A stretch of DNA of 63,949 nucleotides, filler included, from Octopus bimaculoides (lineage: Eukaryota), in the NCBI RefSeq assembly GCF_001194135.2. It is 5 parts of 4 records of this genome, joined end to end, with 100 filler letters (N's around TTAATTAATTAA, not from the genome) between each part and the next. Parts side by side here need not be neighbours in the genome. Positions count along the whole stretch, not along the records: positions 23,911 to 50,221 come from NC_068981.1; 4 more parts are not named here. The stretch is one strand, 5' to 3'. Within the stretch, counting starts at the first letter, position 1, and every line of letters begins with the position of its first letter. Made by a program: the position numbers and the translations under genes. Below are positions 27,576 through 39,650 of the stretch, piece by piece. The notes beneath the pieces are model-generated. The model saw only the letters and a list, made by a program, of their open reading frames with translations. It searched no databases and had not been told where the DNA came from.

Positions 27576-29171
27576 TTGGAACGTGAGAACTGGGTTCGCA
27601 TCCCAACTCTGCATATTCCGTGTTCCTTCTCTCGTTGACTGCTTAACGTTTACTTGGTAACGTGGGAAATTAAGTTTTAAACAAATGCCAAATATATTGA
27701 TTTATTAACAAACTAACGAACGAAGAGGCAAAGACCAGATTTTAAAATCCACACGGAGAATGATACAATATTTCCAAGTTGTTATTAACCACTATTGCAG
27801 GTGTCTATCACAGAAATAAAGAATGAATTAAATCTAATTGCTTTTGATAAACAAATTTCAGTCTAGAATACACAGTTTCTGACTTATTCCAGGCAGAAGA
27901 CAATGGATATGTTGAAGAAATACGGTGAAGTATCACATATTACGCGCAGTTAATGTTGTCGAATATATATATAACATGATGCATCTTTAGAAGAGTTTAT
28001 CTTTAAGACAAACATGTAAAACTACACGTGTTTTAACAGGTGAATAATACAGGCGTTTAACACGTAATATAATGTATCAACTAACTAAACAGTACTTAGA
28101 CGACATTAAAATAAAGTCGTAGATAGCAGCAACAACAAAAACTAGCAACAATAACGATTAAATAGAAATAAATAAACAAGTCCTGCGTTAAGAAAGTGGA
28201 CAAACGAGGTGTGAGAAGTGCTATGAAATAAATGAATGTTGTTTCAAACTATTGCCGAAGTTGTACTTAATGTCGGTTGCTAAACCCAACGATGTAAGCT
28301 AACAGTCAGACATGTTGGTTTTCTTACGTTAGATGCTTCAACTTTCGGCAATTTTCGCCTGTTTGAATGGAAATGGTAATTAGAAATGGAAAGAAAGTAG
28401 ACTGTTTTGTGTATGTTTGCACCAGCAGATGTAAGCAAGGCCCTTGACAGACAACTCGCGTCTGTTTTATTCAACAAATTAACCAAATTGACACAGACTA
28501 ACCAGACAGTTTGAAAAAAAAATGTTAAAATAAACTAACGGAATTAGAATCTATGGCTAATATTACGGTCATTAATCAATTTAACACTGAGAATTTATAA
28601 AACTACATTTATTTCCTCTTGCAAAATTATTTTTGGCGCGTCCTGTTAGAATGACATTATGTACGAACACGTATATATGTGTGAATGTACCACACATACA
28701 CGCGCGCACCAACTCACACTCGCCCGCGCACACACGCAATTGTCGATTTACGTTTATGAGTGCGCATATGGCGTCTATGTTTGAGTGTGTGTGTATGTGT
28801 TGTATATACATACACACATTACGTATTTAGCACTCGTAATAAACAGACATACCACCTGCGTTTATATATCAATGTGTTCCAGTGTGTGTGTGTGTGTGTA
28901 TGCACGCGCGTACATATTTTTATATAAGTACGTATGTGTGATTAAGTATATATATGTGTATATACATGCATGTCCTCTATGTGTGTGCGCTTGCCCGCGT
29001 CTGCAAAAGGGGCATATTTCAGAATTACAACAGTATTCGTTCGAGTTCTCTGTGCCCTGAGTTCGAATCCCACTGAGGTCAACTGTACTTTTCACCCGTT
29101 CAGAAAGCACCGGGATCAATTTATCGCCTCTCTCTCTCTCTCTTTCATATGTGTGTGTGTGCGCGCGTGTA

Positions 29172-30241
29172 TAAGGTTGAGTAAAAAGTAAGCAATGTTT
29201 TGAACCATGAAGAATTTGTAGCGGATTTTTTGCAGTTTTGAATTTTTAAAAATCTTTTTCTTTGCAATTGTCTGTTAATACAGACATAGATTTGCCCAAA
29301 TGCATCAATTAACATTGTTACAATCATCTGAAATAGAACTGTCAAATCGCGATATTCGAGCAATGTTGCTATTCAACTTCAAAAAAGAACGTAAAGCAGC
29401 TGAAACTGGTCGCGATATCAGCGAAACGTTGGGTGAGGAAATGACCAGTGAGTGGTCAGCTCGAAAATGGTTTAAACGATTTCGCAGTGGAGACCTGAGC
29501 CTCGAAGATCGTGAGCGCAGTGGACGCCCATCTGTCATCGATGACGGTCAAATAAAGACCATCATTGAGAAAGATCCACGTGAAACCACTCAAGAACTAA
29601 CAAAAGAACTTCAGGGTAGCCAGAAAACTGCTTGCAATTATTTGCATGCGATCGGAAAATCAAAAGAAATGAAAATCAGACAATGCGCAGATATGAAATT
29701 TGCTCGTTGCTTCTTCTCCGTAACCAGACCGATCCGTTTCTCGACCGTATTGTAACTTGTGATGAAAAATGGATTCTGTACAATGATAAAAAAAAACGTC
29801 CTTTGCAGTGGTTGGACCAAAGTGTAGCACCAAAAACCTTCCCTAAATCCGAACTCTTCAAAAAGAAGGCTATGGTGATTGTTTGGTGGTGAACTGCTGG
29901 ACTCATCCACTATAACTTCTTTAAACCTAGGAAACCCATTACTGCAGAAACATATTGCCATGAAATTGCCAAAGTGAATGAAAAACTGCTACCCCTCCGA
30001 CCCAGACTGGTCAACAGAAGAGGGCCAATCATTCTTCCTGACAATGCTCGACCCCACGTTTCACTAATGACTCTCCAGAACTCCAGATTTTTACGTTACC
30101 AGAATAAACAAACTTGTAACTCGTTGGCAAAAATGTTTTGATTGCAATGATACTCTGATAGATAAAATTTCCGCATTGTTGAGATATACTGTGATGTAGC
30201 TCATGTTTCAAAACGTTGCTTACTTTTTAGTCCGCCTAATA
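29172..30241 (+). mobile_element. Near-complete defective mariner element (Hsmar1/cecropia-like) with TIRs and TA flanks
   Basis: TIRs TAAGGTTGAGTAAAAAGTAAGCAATGTTTTGAA (from 29172) and TTCAAAACGTTGCTTACTTTTTAGTCCGCCTAATA (to 30241), TA on both sides. Transposase motifs RKWFKRFRSGDLSLEDRERSGRP, FLDRIVTCDEKWILY and DNARPH; frameshift and deletions. Confidence 0.9.
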
Positions 30242-30439
30242 TATAATCTTTCTCTACTGTATAATTCAAAATGTTCACCCTTGTCACATTGTGAGAACAG
30301 ATTCGAGTGAATTGCTTTAATGGTACACGAGTCTGTGGAATACTCAACTACACTCTAATTAGTTGCTAACTTCAGTCTGTTCCTTGTGCAAATGTGTAAT
30401 ATTGAGATACTTGAACACTTCAACGTGGTTCGACGCGAA

Positions 30440-31060
30440 CTTGCGACGAGAAACATTGCAGTTTGTGTAGTTGGGATCGTCCTGAAAATGGAGAGCCAAG
30501 ACCAACATAATCGACACCACACAAGAAAGCGATGGAAATTTGCAGGAAGATGTGCACTGTGTACGGAGAGGACGCTGTTATAAAACAAGTGCCAGAAATG
30601 ATTTTCAAGATTTCGATCGAGAAATTCGATCAGGAAAGATGCATCTCGTTTTGGCTGGTCAACTGAGATTTAACAGCAACACAAAGCCCCGTTATACGAC
30701 TCGGATGATCCCCAAATATCCAAACTCAGCGCTGAAAGCCATCTGCATCAATTTGGTTAAGCCAGAAGGGTCAATGTTTTGGCTCCACATAACTGAATGA
30801 GACTAACCCCACCCAACGGATTTCCATCAGAAATTCGTTGCAGAAACGTGAAGGAAACTATCCTTTTTTTTTTTTTTCTTTTTTTTTTTGAAGAAAATGG
30901 TGACAGAGAACGAATATATGGATCGTCTATAGCAATGTGAAATGCAAACGATCGTGGGTGAAGCGCTGCGAATCACCAGAAACAGCCTCCGAAGCAGAAC
31001 TTCGCCCTAAAAAGTTACGTTTCAATTAGGTGGGATTGAAAGGGTGTTGTCTTTTTACGG
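30440..31060 (+). mobile_element. Degenerate mariner transposase fragment (different subfamily from 29172-30241)
   Basis: Remnants EICRKMCTVYGEDAVI, KKMVTENE.WIVYSNVKCKRSW and AELRPKKL...WD.KGV. Confidence 0.7.
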
Positions 31061-31322
31061 ATCCACGTAGTTGGAAAGCAAAACTTCTTACCACACAGCC
31101 ACGCCTGCGCCTACGTTTGACAAGATTAAATCTTTTTTTCCAAAAACATTTTTTTAAATAGAGCTTACAAAATTTCAGCTTTGGTGTAATCAACTAATCT
31201 TTAATTTATAAAACATTTTAATTAACTTTTTAAAAGCAGTCATTTCTTTACTCATTGATCCCTTGTTACAGTTAGTTAAGTGTGGATGTGTCAGTGTGTA
31301 TTTTGCCTACATTATTGGCGTG

Positions 31323-31373
<51 letters not shown>

Positions 31374-31776
31374 TATACACATATATATACCTATATATAT
31401 ATATAATATATATATAACGCTGTTGTTTCGCTTGTATTTCCTTTATTCTTGTCAAGTATTACACTTATTTCTAAATATTTACGTATTTTAAAGGAGTTAA
31501 TCAAAGTAATCCCATATAAGTAGTTTGTTTCATATAGTTACACACACAAACCAGAATGATCTGTGATCTGACACTTAACGCCAGCGGCAGTGGACAAGCT
31601 GATCCAAGGTTTTAAATCCCTTAAATCTTTAGAGCCCCCCAAACCCAATAATCCCATTTTGCTTATCTGATAAAACAATAAATTCGCTTTGTCCCCTCCT
31701 GCTACCACCACCGTCTGACAAACAAATCACTGATTGAAATTACGATGCATTGATATTAACACACATACATAATCTT

Positions 31777-32045
31777 TTACATGTTTCATTTGACTGAGAC
31801 CATGTTGGAGCACCACCATGAGGAATTTTTAGTCGAATGAATACCTCACTCATTTTTTTTTAGCCTGGTATTTTATCGTTTCTTTTGCCGAACTGCTATG
31901 TTACGGGTACAGACACAAAAACACAGATGTGTGTATGTGTTTCCGTCTACCAAATCCACTCACAAGGTTTTGATCAGTCCAAGGTTATAGTAGAATACAC
32001 TTGCCCAAAGTGCCATGCAGCGGGACTGAACCCAGAACCACACAG
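31777..32045 (-). mobile_element. Partial OK-like SINE
   Basis: Reverse complement of segments of the 44195-44594 family (TCCGTCTACCAAATCCACTCACAAGG...GGGACTGAACC). Confidence 0.65.
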
Positions 32046-32107
32046 CCACGGCTATATATATACATATACACCTTATTGCAACCTCATGTTTTGTTTTTGT
32101 TCTTTTT

Positions 32108-32316
32108 CTACTCTAGGCACAAGGCCTGAAATTTGGGGGGAGGGGGGGGGTAGTCGATCACATCAACCCAGTATACAACTGGTACTTAATTCATCGACCC
32201 CGAAAGGATGAAAGGCAAAGTCGACCTCGGAGGAATTTGAACCCAGAACGTAAAGACAAACGAAATCCTGCTAAGTATTTCGCCCGGCGTGCCGACGTTT
32301 CTGCCAGCTCGCCGCC
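32108..32316 (-). mobile_element. OR-like tRNA-derived SINE
   Basis: Reverse complement GGCGGCGAGCTGGCAGAAACGTCGGCACGCCGGGCGAAAT...GGGTTCAAATTCC, same family as 42693-42926. Confidence 0.85.
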
Positions 32317-32489
32317 CCAACCTCATGTTTCTTTTTTAAAGACGTCTTTCCACTCAGTACCGTAGCAGCCTTTTCCTCGATTCACAACGAAAACTTCATA
32401 ATCTAATCTATAGTATAAGGCAGTTTACTATATTATAAGGCAGTTCTTTATACTGTAAGTCGGCTTTCTTATAGTATATGGCCTTTTTA

Positions 32490-33033
32490 CAATTAATATG
32501 AAGCAAGGAACCCGTGGAAGAGGGAGACCCAGGAAGACATGAGATGAGGTGGTGAAGCATGACCTTTCAACGTTGGGCCTCACAGAGGCAATGACAAGAG
32601 ACCGAGACCTCTGGAGACATGCTGTGATTGATTGAGAAGACCCGGCAAATAAAGTGAGATCACAGCCATAGCCTATACCAGTGTCACATAACCAGCCCAT
32701 TTAAAAAGTACCTTTGAATCGTCGGGCGACACGCCGTGCTTGACGAGAATTATTGAGTCAAGTAAAATCAAAAAGTAAAAATCACAGACAGATGCCAGTG
32801 CCGCTGACTGGCTCCCGTACTGGTGGCACGTACAAAACACCATCCGAACGTGGTCGATGCCAGCCCCATCGCCCCGACTGGCTCCCGTGGTTGGCGTTAT
32901 AAAGGGCATCCAGCTGTAGAAACTGTGCCAGATCAGATTGGAGCCTGGTGCAGCCTTCTAGCATGCCAGCCCTGGTCAAACCGTCCAACCCATGCCATCA
33001 TGGAAAACGGACGTTAAACGATGATGACGATGA
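32490..33033 (+). mobile_element. 3' end of an RTE-clade LINE (ORF C-terminus + 3' UTR + (GAT)n tail)
   Basis: GTRGRGRPRKT*DEVVKHDLSTLGLTEAMTRDRDLWRHAV is an RTE C-terminal motif. Followed by the recurrent GGTGGCACGTAAAAAGCACC unit and ...GGACGTTAAACGATGATGA end. Confidence 0.85.
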
Positions 33034-33486
33034 GTTTACTTCAGAATAAAACGATTTTACTAGTCAATATAAGGAAGTTAGTCAAAGTATAAGGCAGTTA
33101 CTAATATACTACAATATAATGCAGTTTACAGGGTGTCCACAAAGTCTGGGTACATGGGGATTAACACATACTTTAAGAAATTATTATTTCTTATATTTAA
33201 TTGTTTATGTTATGATTTCATTTACTCCATGTACCCACATGGGCATTAACACATACTTTAAGAAATTATAGTAACTTTTCAGTTCGGCAAAAGATATTGA
33301 TAGAATAAGTACCGGGTAAAGAGCGGGAGCAAATACCACCAAAGCATGTCAGTTCCACTAATGCATTAACCTTCGAATTGTAGGTTAAACTGTTTGAGTT
33401 GCAAAATGTGTTGGTTGTATTATGGTACTGACTTGAACTGGTCTGCTGTTGACCTTATATATGTGGATGTAGTTGGTATTGTAATA

Positions 33487-34810
33487 CAGTTCTATATTTA
33501 AGAGATGAGGAATTATGAACATTTGACGGATATTTCTCATCTTGTTTGTTGTTAACACGTTTCGGCTGATATACCCTCCAGCATTCATCAGGTGTCTTGG
33601 GGAAATTTCGAACCAGGGTTCTCATTCCTAATATTTTTTTTTCAATATTATTATAATTATTTATTATTATTATTATTATTTAGGTCACTGCCTGGAATTG
33701 AACTCGGAATCTTGGGGTTAGTAGCCAATGCTCTTAACCACTACGCCATATGCCCAGTGGGCAATTATGGAGTGAATTTTAGGGCTTCTAAATCTAATAT
33801 TCTCCTATCCTTCCTCAATATCAGTTCCCATATGATATTCATATCTGCACTCCGTCTGCTTAGGAGGTTTTTGTGTCCTAGCATATGTGCTGCTTCTTTT
33901 AGTTTTCGTATTTTCCAGTGGTGTTCTCTGTCTATTATTTTAACTTCATCCCACAGGGGGAGGTGGTCTCCATTTTTCCATACAAGATCAGCTATACCCG
34001 ATTTATCAATTTCTCCTCATGTCACAGCTTTGCGATATTCGTCTACTCTTATTTTGAGGGGGTGGCATGTTTTGCCTTTGTATAACCTACCACAGCTGCA
34101 TGGGATGGAGTACACACAGTTTTTGGTCATATTCTCTTCTATTGCTATTGTAATATTCATGGTTGTAGTTGCACAACAAATAACATTACTTGTTATGCGA
34201 TCTCCATTTAAAGGGCAGGATGAAGTTACAACTGCTGTTGTTATACGAGTGATTTTGGTTTCCATATTACAAAACTTTTAGATGGTTATAAATGACTACA
34301 GTTTGTTTTTAAGTTGTGAAGTATAAGATTTTTATACTGTGTTTATTATTTCCTGGTATTTGTGGTTGAGGTGGAAGTGTTTAAGTAGTATTCTGGAAAA
34401 TAATTTGATTAAAGGTGTAGAGGCTTACATGTTGAAAGGGGAAATTGAACCAGATAATTTTTTTTTCCCTATTTCTGCTTTTTGTTTGTGGGTGTGTTGT
34501 TATTTATGTAATGTATTTTTCCCCAATTAACCACTGCTATTAAGAGCTTCACTATATGGACTTGTTATTTCAATGACTACATTTCTGTTGGAAAATTTTT
34601 TTAAAAAGTCTTAGAAATATGCTCATTACTAGGAATTTAATTATACTTTTAGAATGGTTGAATTGTCTATGCATATACAGGGTTTTTCATTTTCTTTTAC
34701 CAGATTCTAAGTCAAGGGTAACATTGAGAACATTGACTGATTTAAGACATGTATATACTGTAATGGGGGTTATTTGTTCCTTAATTTGTCAATTTCTTTC
34801 TGGGCTGTAC
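33487..34810 (-). mobile_element. Penelope-like element: RT-thumb remnant, GIY-YIG endonuclease and terminal repeat
   Basis: Frame 34265..33765 reads NCVYSIPCSCGRLYKGKT..LKIRVDEYRKAVT*GEIDKSGIAD..W...H.P.WDEVKIIDREHHWKIRKLKEAAHM (GIY-YIG/Uri, one TGA at 34017-34019). Upstream SLYMHRQFNHSKSIIK resembles the PLE RT thumb. Terminal repeat 33755..33487. Confidence 0.85.
33683..33755 (-). promoter_or_regulatory. tRNA-like (Pol III type 2 promoter) cassette in the PLE terminal repeat
   Basis: 73 nt: GGGCATATGGCGTAGTGG (A box)...GGCTACTAACC (anticodon-like arm)...GAGTTCAATTCC (B box; GTTCGATTCC in other copies). The acceptor stem pairs poorly, so it is not a functional tRNA. Confidence 0.7.
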
Positions 34811-36358
34811 TAAGAAGGGCATCAGTCTGTGGAAAATCTGCCTCAACAAATTGTCTGACCTACGCAGACATAGAAAAGGTAACATTAAAAACGATGAAAT
34901 ATATCATCATTTAATGTTCACTTTTTCATGTTTGCATGGGTTGGGCAGAAATTGAGGCAAATTTTTGGCAAATGGATGCCCTTCTTGTTACCAATCCAAA
35001 CAAGGAGACACCAACACACACACACACTTTACAGATATAAGCTTCTTTCAGTTTCCACCTACCAAGTCCACACACAAGGCTTTGGTTGGTTCAAGACTTT
35101 AGTAGAAAATATCTACCCAAGGTGCCCTGCAGTGAGACGGAAGCCAGAAGCACATGGTCAGGAAACAAACTTCCTAACTACACACCCATACCTGTGCCTG
35201 CATAAAGCAATCCTTATAATACTTTATTCAAAGAACTCTTAAATGAATTTGAGATTTCCAGCCATAATTAGAGACAGAAAACAAAAAAGCTTGTAGCAAT
35301 GATGAGGGATTCACAAAGAAAAGGGGAGATAATTTGAAGGCAATTCTAAAAATTTAATTCTCAAGTCATATTAATCCACTAAGTTCTACTGTCCTACAAA
35401 TAGGACACTAAATGAGAACATTAAATAAGCTACATCACATTGTCCCAGTGTCCTATTTATAGGACACTGAGTATTTCCGTTTCTACTCGAAGCAAAGGAT
35501 TTTTAATAATTATTTTTTTCATTTTAACCTATTTTCAATCATCTGTCAAAATTTAAAAGTAATATTCAGAAATTTAAGTACTCTGGGACTTAATGGGTTA
35601 ACTTAACCAATTTTATTCCCCCAGGCCAACCTGTCTATGACTATCCCAGGTTCTGTAATGCAAAGTGTGTTTTAAAAGTGATCCAAATTAAAATCTTTCA
35701 TCAAAATTTATCACGTTCAATTCAGGTTTTGAAACACCCGCTGAAAAACGAGAAAACTTACCATACACTAAATTCATTTACAAAATTAATTGGAACAAAG
35801 TCAGTGTATTTCATTCAACAGGAGTCTAGTAAAAAAGATAAGGTGAAACACCATTAACCCTTTAGTATACAGATTGCATTCTCAAATGTAATGCTTAATC
35901 ATTCATATGGTTTTGGATTAATCAAGCATTATCTTGTAGCTAGTGATTTTAATTATGTGATTGTTATTTCTAGAATGTAATTGTGGGATGGGTGTGAGAG
36001 CCTGGATCTGGCCTGTTTATACTTGAAATAAGTAGAAAATTTGGGCCAGAAATGGCCGATTTAAATGCTGAAGGGTTAACAGATTGGTTCCCTAGTGCCA
36101 CAAATAAAGGAGAAAATATCATTACCATCCTTGTTGTTGATATTATCATTATTATTATTATTATTATTATTATTAACCAGATCAATTTTGTGATCAATGT
36201 GATCACCTAGCCTCCACTCCAAAAATTTCAAGCCATGTGTCAAAATTTAGAATTTTTTTAATTATTTTTATTATGTTGATGATTTCACTGTATGTAAATC
36301 TCCACACTTTATGCCCCACCACCTCATCCTTCACTCTGGTGGCAAACAAAAGAAATCC

Positions 36359-36395
<37 letters not shown>

Positions 36396-36427
36396 ACACA
36401 GAAGAATAAGTTGGAAGTCAACAGAAT

Positions 36428-36877
36428 TTACTTTGGATTCAGAAGAGACAATGTAGTAAACTGGATGCGTCTTTTAGGCTTCTCAACCTGGTTCGGGGAA
36501 CCAATGAAATTTGGCAGTTTACTTGCAGCAGGACTAGAGTCTGTAGTTGAAGAAGAGTTACTTTGAGAAGACATAAAATTAGAAGTGTCAGCTTGGTTAG
36601 AAGGAGACCCTAAACTCATCAATGTAGTTTCTTCCTGCTTCTTTAGTTTACCGTTTTCCCTGTTTGGTATTACTTCCATGTTCGGAGATCTTGAAGTTAC
36701 ATTTGAGCTAGATTTGATGGAAGCATCAGTAGTGGAGGAACCATTGGTCTTAGATTTGGCCAGTGCTGTAGAATTAGTGGTGTTGGTTTTATATGAAGCA
36801 TCACACGAGGTTTCTAAAATCAAGCTGAAGTCTGTACTACATGTATCAATTTCACTTGGAGGAATCAATGATTGATT
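36428..36877 (-). CDS. CHAF1B: CHAF1B terminal coding exon (S/T-rich tail, C-terminal ASF1-binding B-domain-like motif)
   Basis: Acceptor ttttctctgtttcag|AAT at 36877, phase 0 matching the 38480 donor. 149 codons open to TAA at 36428-36430, ending KPKRRIQFTTLSLLNPK*. Confidence 0.8.
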   Translation of the reverse strand, partial: NQSLIPPSEIDTCSTDFSLILETSCDASYKTNTTNSTALAKSKTNGSSTTDASIKSSSNVTSRSPNMEVIPNRENGKLKKQEETTLMSLGSPSNQADTSNFMSSQSNSSSTTDSSPAASKLPNFIGSPNQVEKPKRRIQFTTLSLLNPK

Positions 36878-36905
36878 CTGAAACAGAGAAAAAAAAAAAC
36901 AATGT

Positions 36906-37405
36906 ATTATTATTATTATTATTATTATTGAGTGAGAGAGCAGTGCATGCCATTAAAGTGACACTGGGGTAAAAATATACGAAGCCCAGTATACCCATCA
37001 TTACTACCCATCTGATAAGGGTACACCAGGCACATGCATCACAACCATATGTGTGCAAAAGGGTGATCTCATATCAAGATAAACAGCACATGACCTTGCA
37101 GGTGGGGCCCAATTAGAATTTTCTTCAGGTCGAGTGGCCCATCCTACTCAAAAGGGTTGTTTTGGATGGTTTTGAATAAGAGTTGTTTAAGGATGTTGAA
37201 CGAAACACCCATGTTTCCAAAGGTGAATTATTCAAACCCCAAAGAATTTCTCTCAACACATGGCTATGATGCTCCTCCGCTACTTCTGCTCGTGATCAGA
37301 GATGCACATATCGTCAGCCACCAAGGGACACACTCAACTAGTTATGGTCAAACAACTGATAAACAAATCTGTGGTATTGAGTAGAATATTGGCTATAGCC
37401 CATCT
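36906..37405 (-). mobile_element. Unclassified retroposon fragment ending in an (AAT)n tail
   Basis: Non-coding repeat-like sequence that I recall as a common octopus repeat (not verified). Terminates on the minus strand in ...CTCTCTCACTCAATAATAATAAT. Class uncertain. Confidence 0.45.
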
Positions 37406-37959
37406 TTTATTATTATAATAATCATTATCATCATTATAATAAGGTGGTGAGCTGGCAGAACTGTTAGCACACCGGGCAAAATGCTTAGCAGCATTTCTTA
37501 TGTCTCTACATTTTGAGTTCAAATTCCACCAAGGTCAACTTTGCCTTTCACCCTTTCAGACAATGTAATCAACTTCTGCCAAAATTTGAAACCATTATTA
37601 TTACAAATACTACTGCTACTACTATTACTACTACTACTACTACTACTGCTACAAAAGATCAATAACTGTCTGTAATCTGTACAAATCTAAGTCAACTCAT
37701 TCTGTTACAAGTTGATATAAAATAAGATTAGGTTCCTCTGACTGATTCACTTCTCTCATAAATAAAGGTAGACTAGTTTGGCTTATCTTTCATTGTAGTA
37801 GTAGTAGCAGCAGTGATAGTAGTAGTAGTAGTAGTAGTAGTAGCAGCAACTCACACAGCCTCCCATAAATTTATATGAGAAGAAAACAGTTTCAATGACA
37901 GCTGATCATCCATTAAGACTGAAATACTTCTAGCAATCTTCTTATTTACTGGCAGACTA

Positions 37960-38120
37960 ACTAAGGTGTTGCCAGCAACATCCTAGCAATTCTGCTAACA
38001 ACATCCTAACAATCTTGCCAGTAACACCTAAGCAATACTGTTGGTAGCACCTAAGCAATCCTGCCGGTAACACCTAAGCAATCCTGCCAGAAACACTTAA
38101 ACAATCCTGCCAATAAAACT
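37960..38120. repeat. Degenerate minisatellite, unit about 23 bp (GCAATCCTGCCAGTAACACCTAA)
   Basis: About six imperfect tandem units visible. Confidence 0.75.
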
Positions 38121-38479
38121 AGCCACAATCCGAATGGGAAAAAATAGACTACTTCAAAACATCATCGTCGCCGCCTCCGCTGCCGCCACCACCACCACCA
38201 CCTCCACCACTACCACCAAACCAGACATTTAGCTCTAAATGCCGTAAAAGAGCTTATTTCACTTGTCCAAGTATCCCCAAAATAGATAACGCTAACGTTT
38301 ATCTCCTCTCCTTTTGATTAGAAACAGAAAAGGAAAACAGCAAAAACCCTGCAAAGAAAAGCTGACCTCATCCATCATTCTTGTGGAAAATATATTTTCT
38401 GCAACGACCTCATTTATCTTTCACAATCACCAAATTCTCTTTAAAACCAACTAGAAATTTGTCCAAAAACACAATTTAC

Positions 38480-38825
38480 CTTGGTTTTCAATTTTTCAGT
38501 TGAGGGAACAGATTTAGGCGAAGAGAATCCATTATTCAAATGACAGGCATCTTCATTGAGGAGGGCATCAGTTTGTTTCTCGTCCACCTCCATGGGTGAG
38601 CTGGAATCAGTTGATGCTGGAGTGACAGGAGTTGTGTTGTGGGAGGTGTCTTGTTGGTCTTTCGCTTCTGTAGTGTCCCCTCCGTTGACAAGAGGCGAGG
38701 AAGTGGAGGAGGAGCATACATGAGTCACTGGTGTGTAGGGCTCTCCAATCTCACCTTTCTCAAAAGTGACAATTGAACAGAAACCATCTGTTGAGGACAC
38801 CACCAGGATATTACCATCACTTGAC
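38480..38825 (-). CDS. CHAF1B: CHAF1B exon (last WD40 repeat and start of tail)
   Basis: ctaaccctgtcag|G TCA AGT...ACC AAG|gtaaat. Reads (W)SSDGNILVVSSTDGFCSIVTFEKGEIG, matching human [28 protein letters not shown]. 346 nt, phase 2 to 0. Confidence 0.95.
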
Positions 38826-39117
38826 CTGACAGGGTTAGATAAAACAAACAGGACACACCTAAATACATACACAGAAAAAAAACATTCCAACACCTGTGCA
38901 GTGTATGAGACAGACAGACAGATATTCAGATAGCAATATGTCAAAATAATAATTCAGGTGTGTGAATAGAGATCTTATAGTTAAATAAACAAGGCACCTA
39001 CGATTGTAGACATGTGCGACCATGAACAATGTAAATAAGGATGTAATAAATTAACTAGTCATACTGTAAATCAAGTGGTATATAAATGTATTGACTTTGT
39101 TTTTTTTATATTTATCT

Positions 39118-39650
39118 CCATCATCATCATCATCATCATTTAACGTCCGTTTTCCATGCTAGCATGGGTTGGACGATTTGACTGGGGACTAGCTTACCAG
39201 ATGGCTACACCAGCCTCCAATCTGATCTGGTAGAGTTTCTACAACTGGATGCCCTTCCTAACGCCAACCACTCCGAGAGTGTAGTGGGTGCTTTTTACGT
39301 GCCACCAGCACGAGGGCCAGGCCGGCGTTACTGGCAACAGCCACGCTCAAATGGTGTTTTTTATGTGCCACCTGCACAGGAGTCAGTCCAATGTTTTGTT
39401 CACATGCCACCGGCACAAGTGCCAGTAAGGCGAAGCTGGAAACGATTGTGCTCAAATGGTGCTGTTTATGTGCCACCGGCATGGAAGCAAGACTGCTGCT
39501 CTGGCAGTGATCCCGCTTGGATGGTGCTGTTAGCGCTCCACTGGCACGGGTGCCAGTCATCGAATTTGGTTCAGTTTCGATCTCACTTGCTTCAACAGGT
39601 CTTTGCAAGCGGAGTTTAGTGTCCAATGAAGGAAGGTTGGCATGGGTGCC
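39118..39650 (-). mobile_element. RTE 3' UTR/tail copy
   Basis: Reverse complement of the 32490-33033 family, with a (CAT)n tail at 39118-39140. Confidence 0.8.

Noticed and set aside
33683-33755. Possible tRNA gene (ACT anticodon-like loop)
   Set aside because: Acceptor stem does not pair, and it recurs fused to the same repeat tail; treated as a tRNA-derived cassette.
33592-34281. 229-aa hydrophobic + strand ORF
   Set aside because: Antisense to the PLE GIY-YIG ORF and its terminal repeat; no independent evidence of coding.
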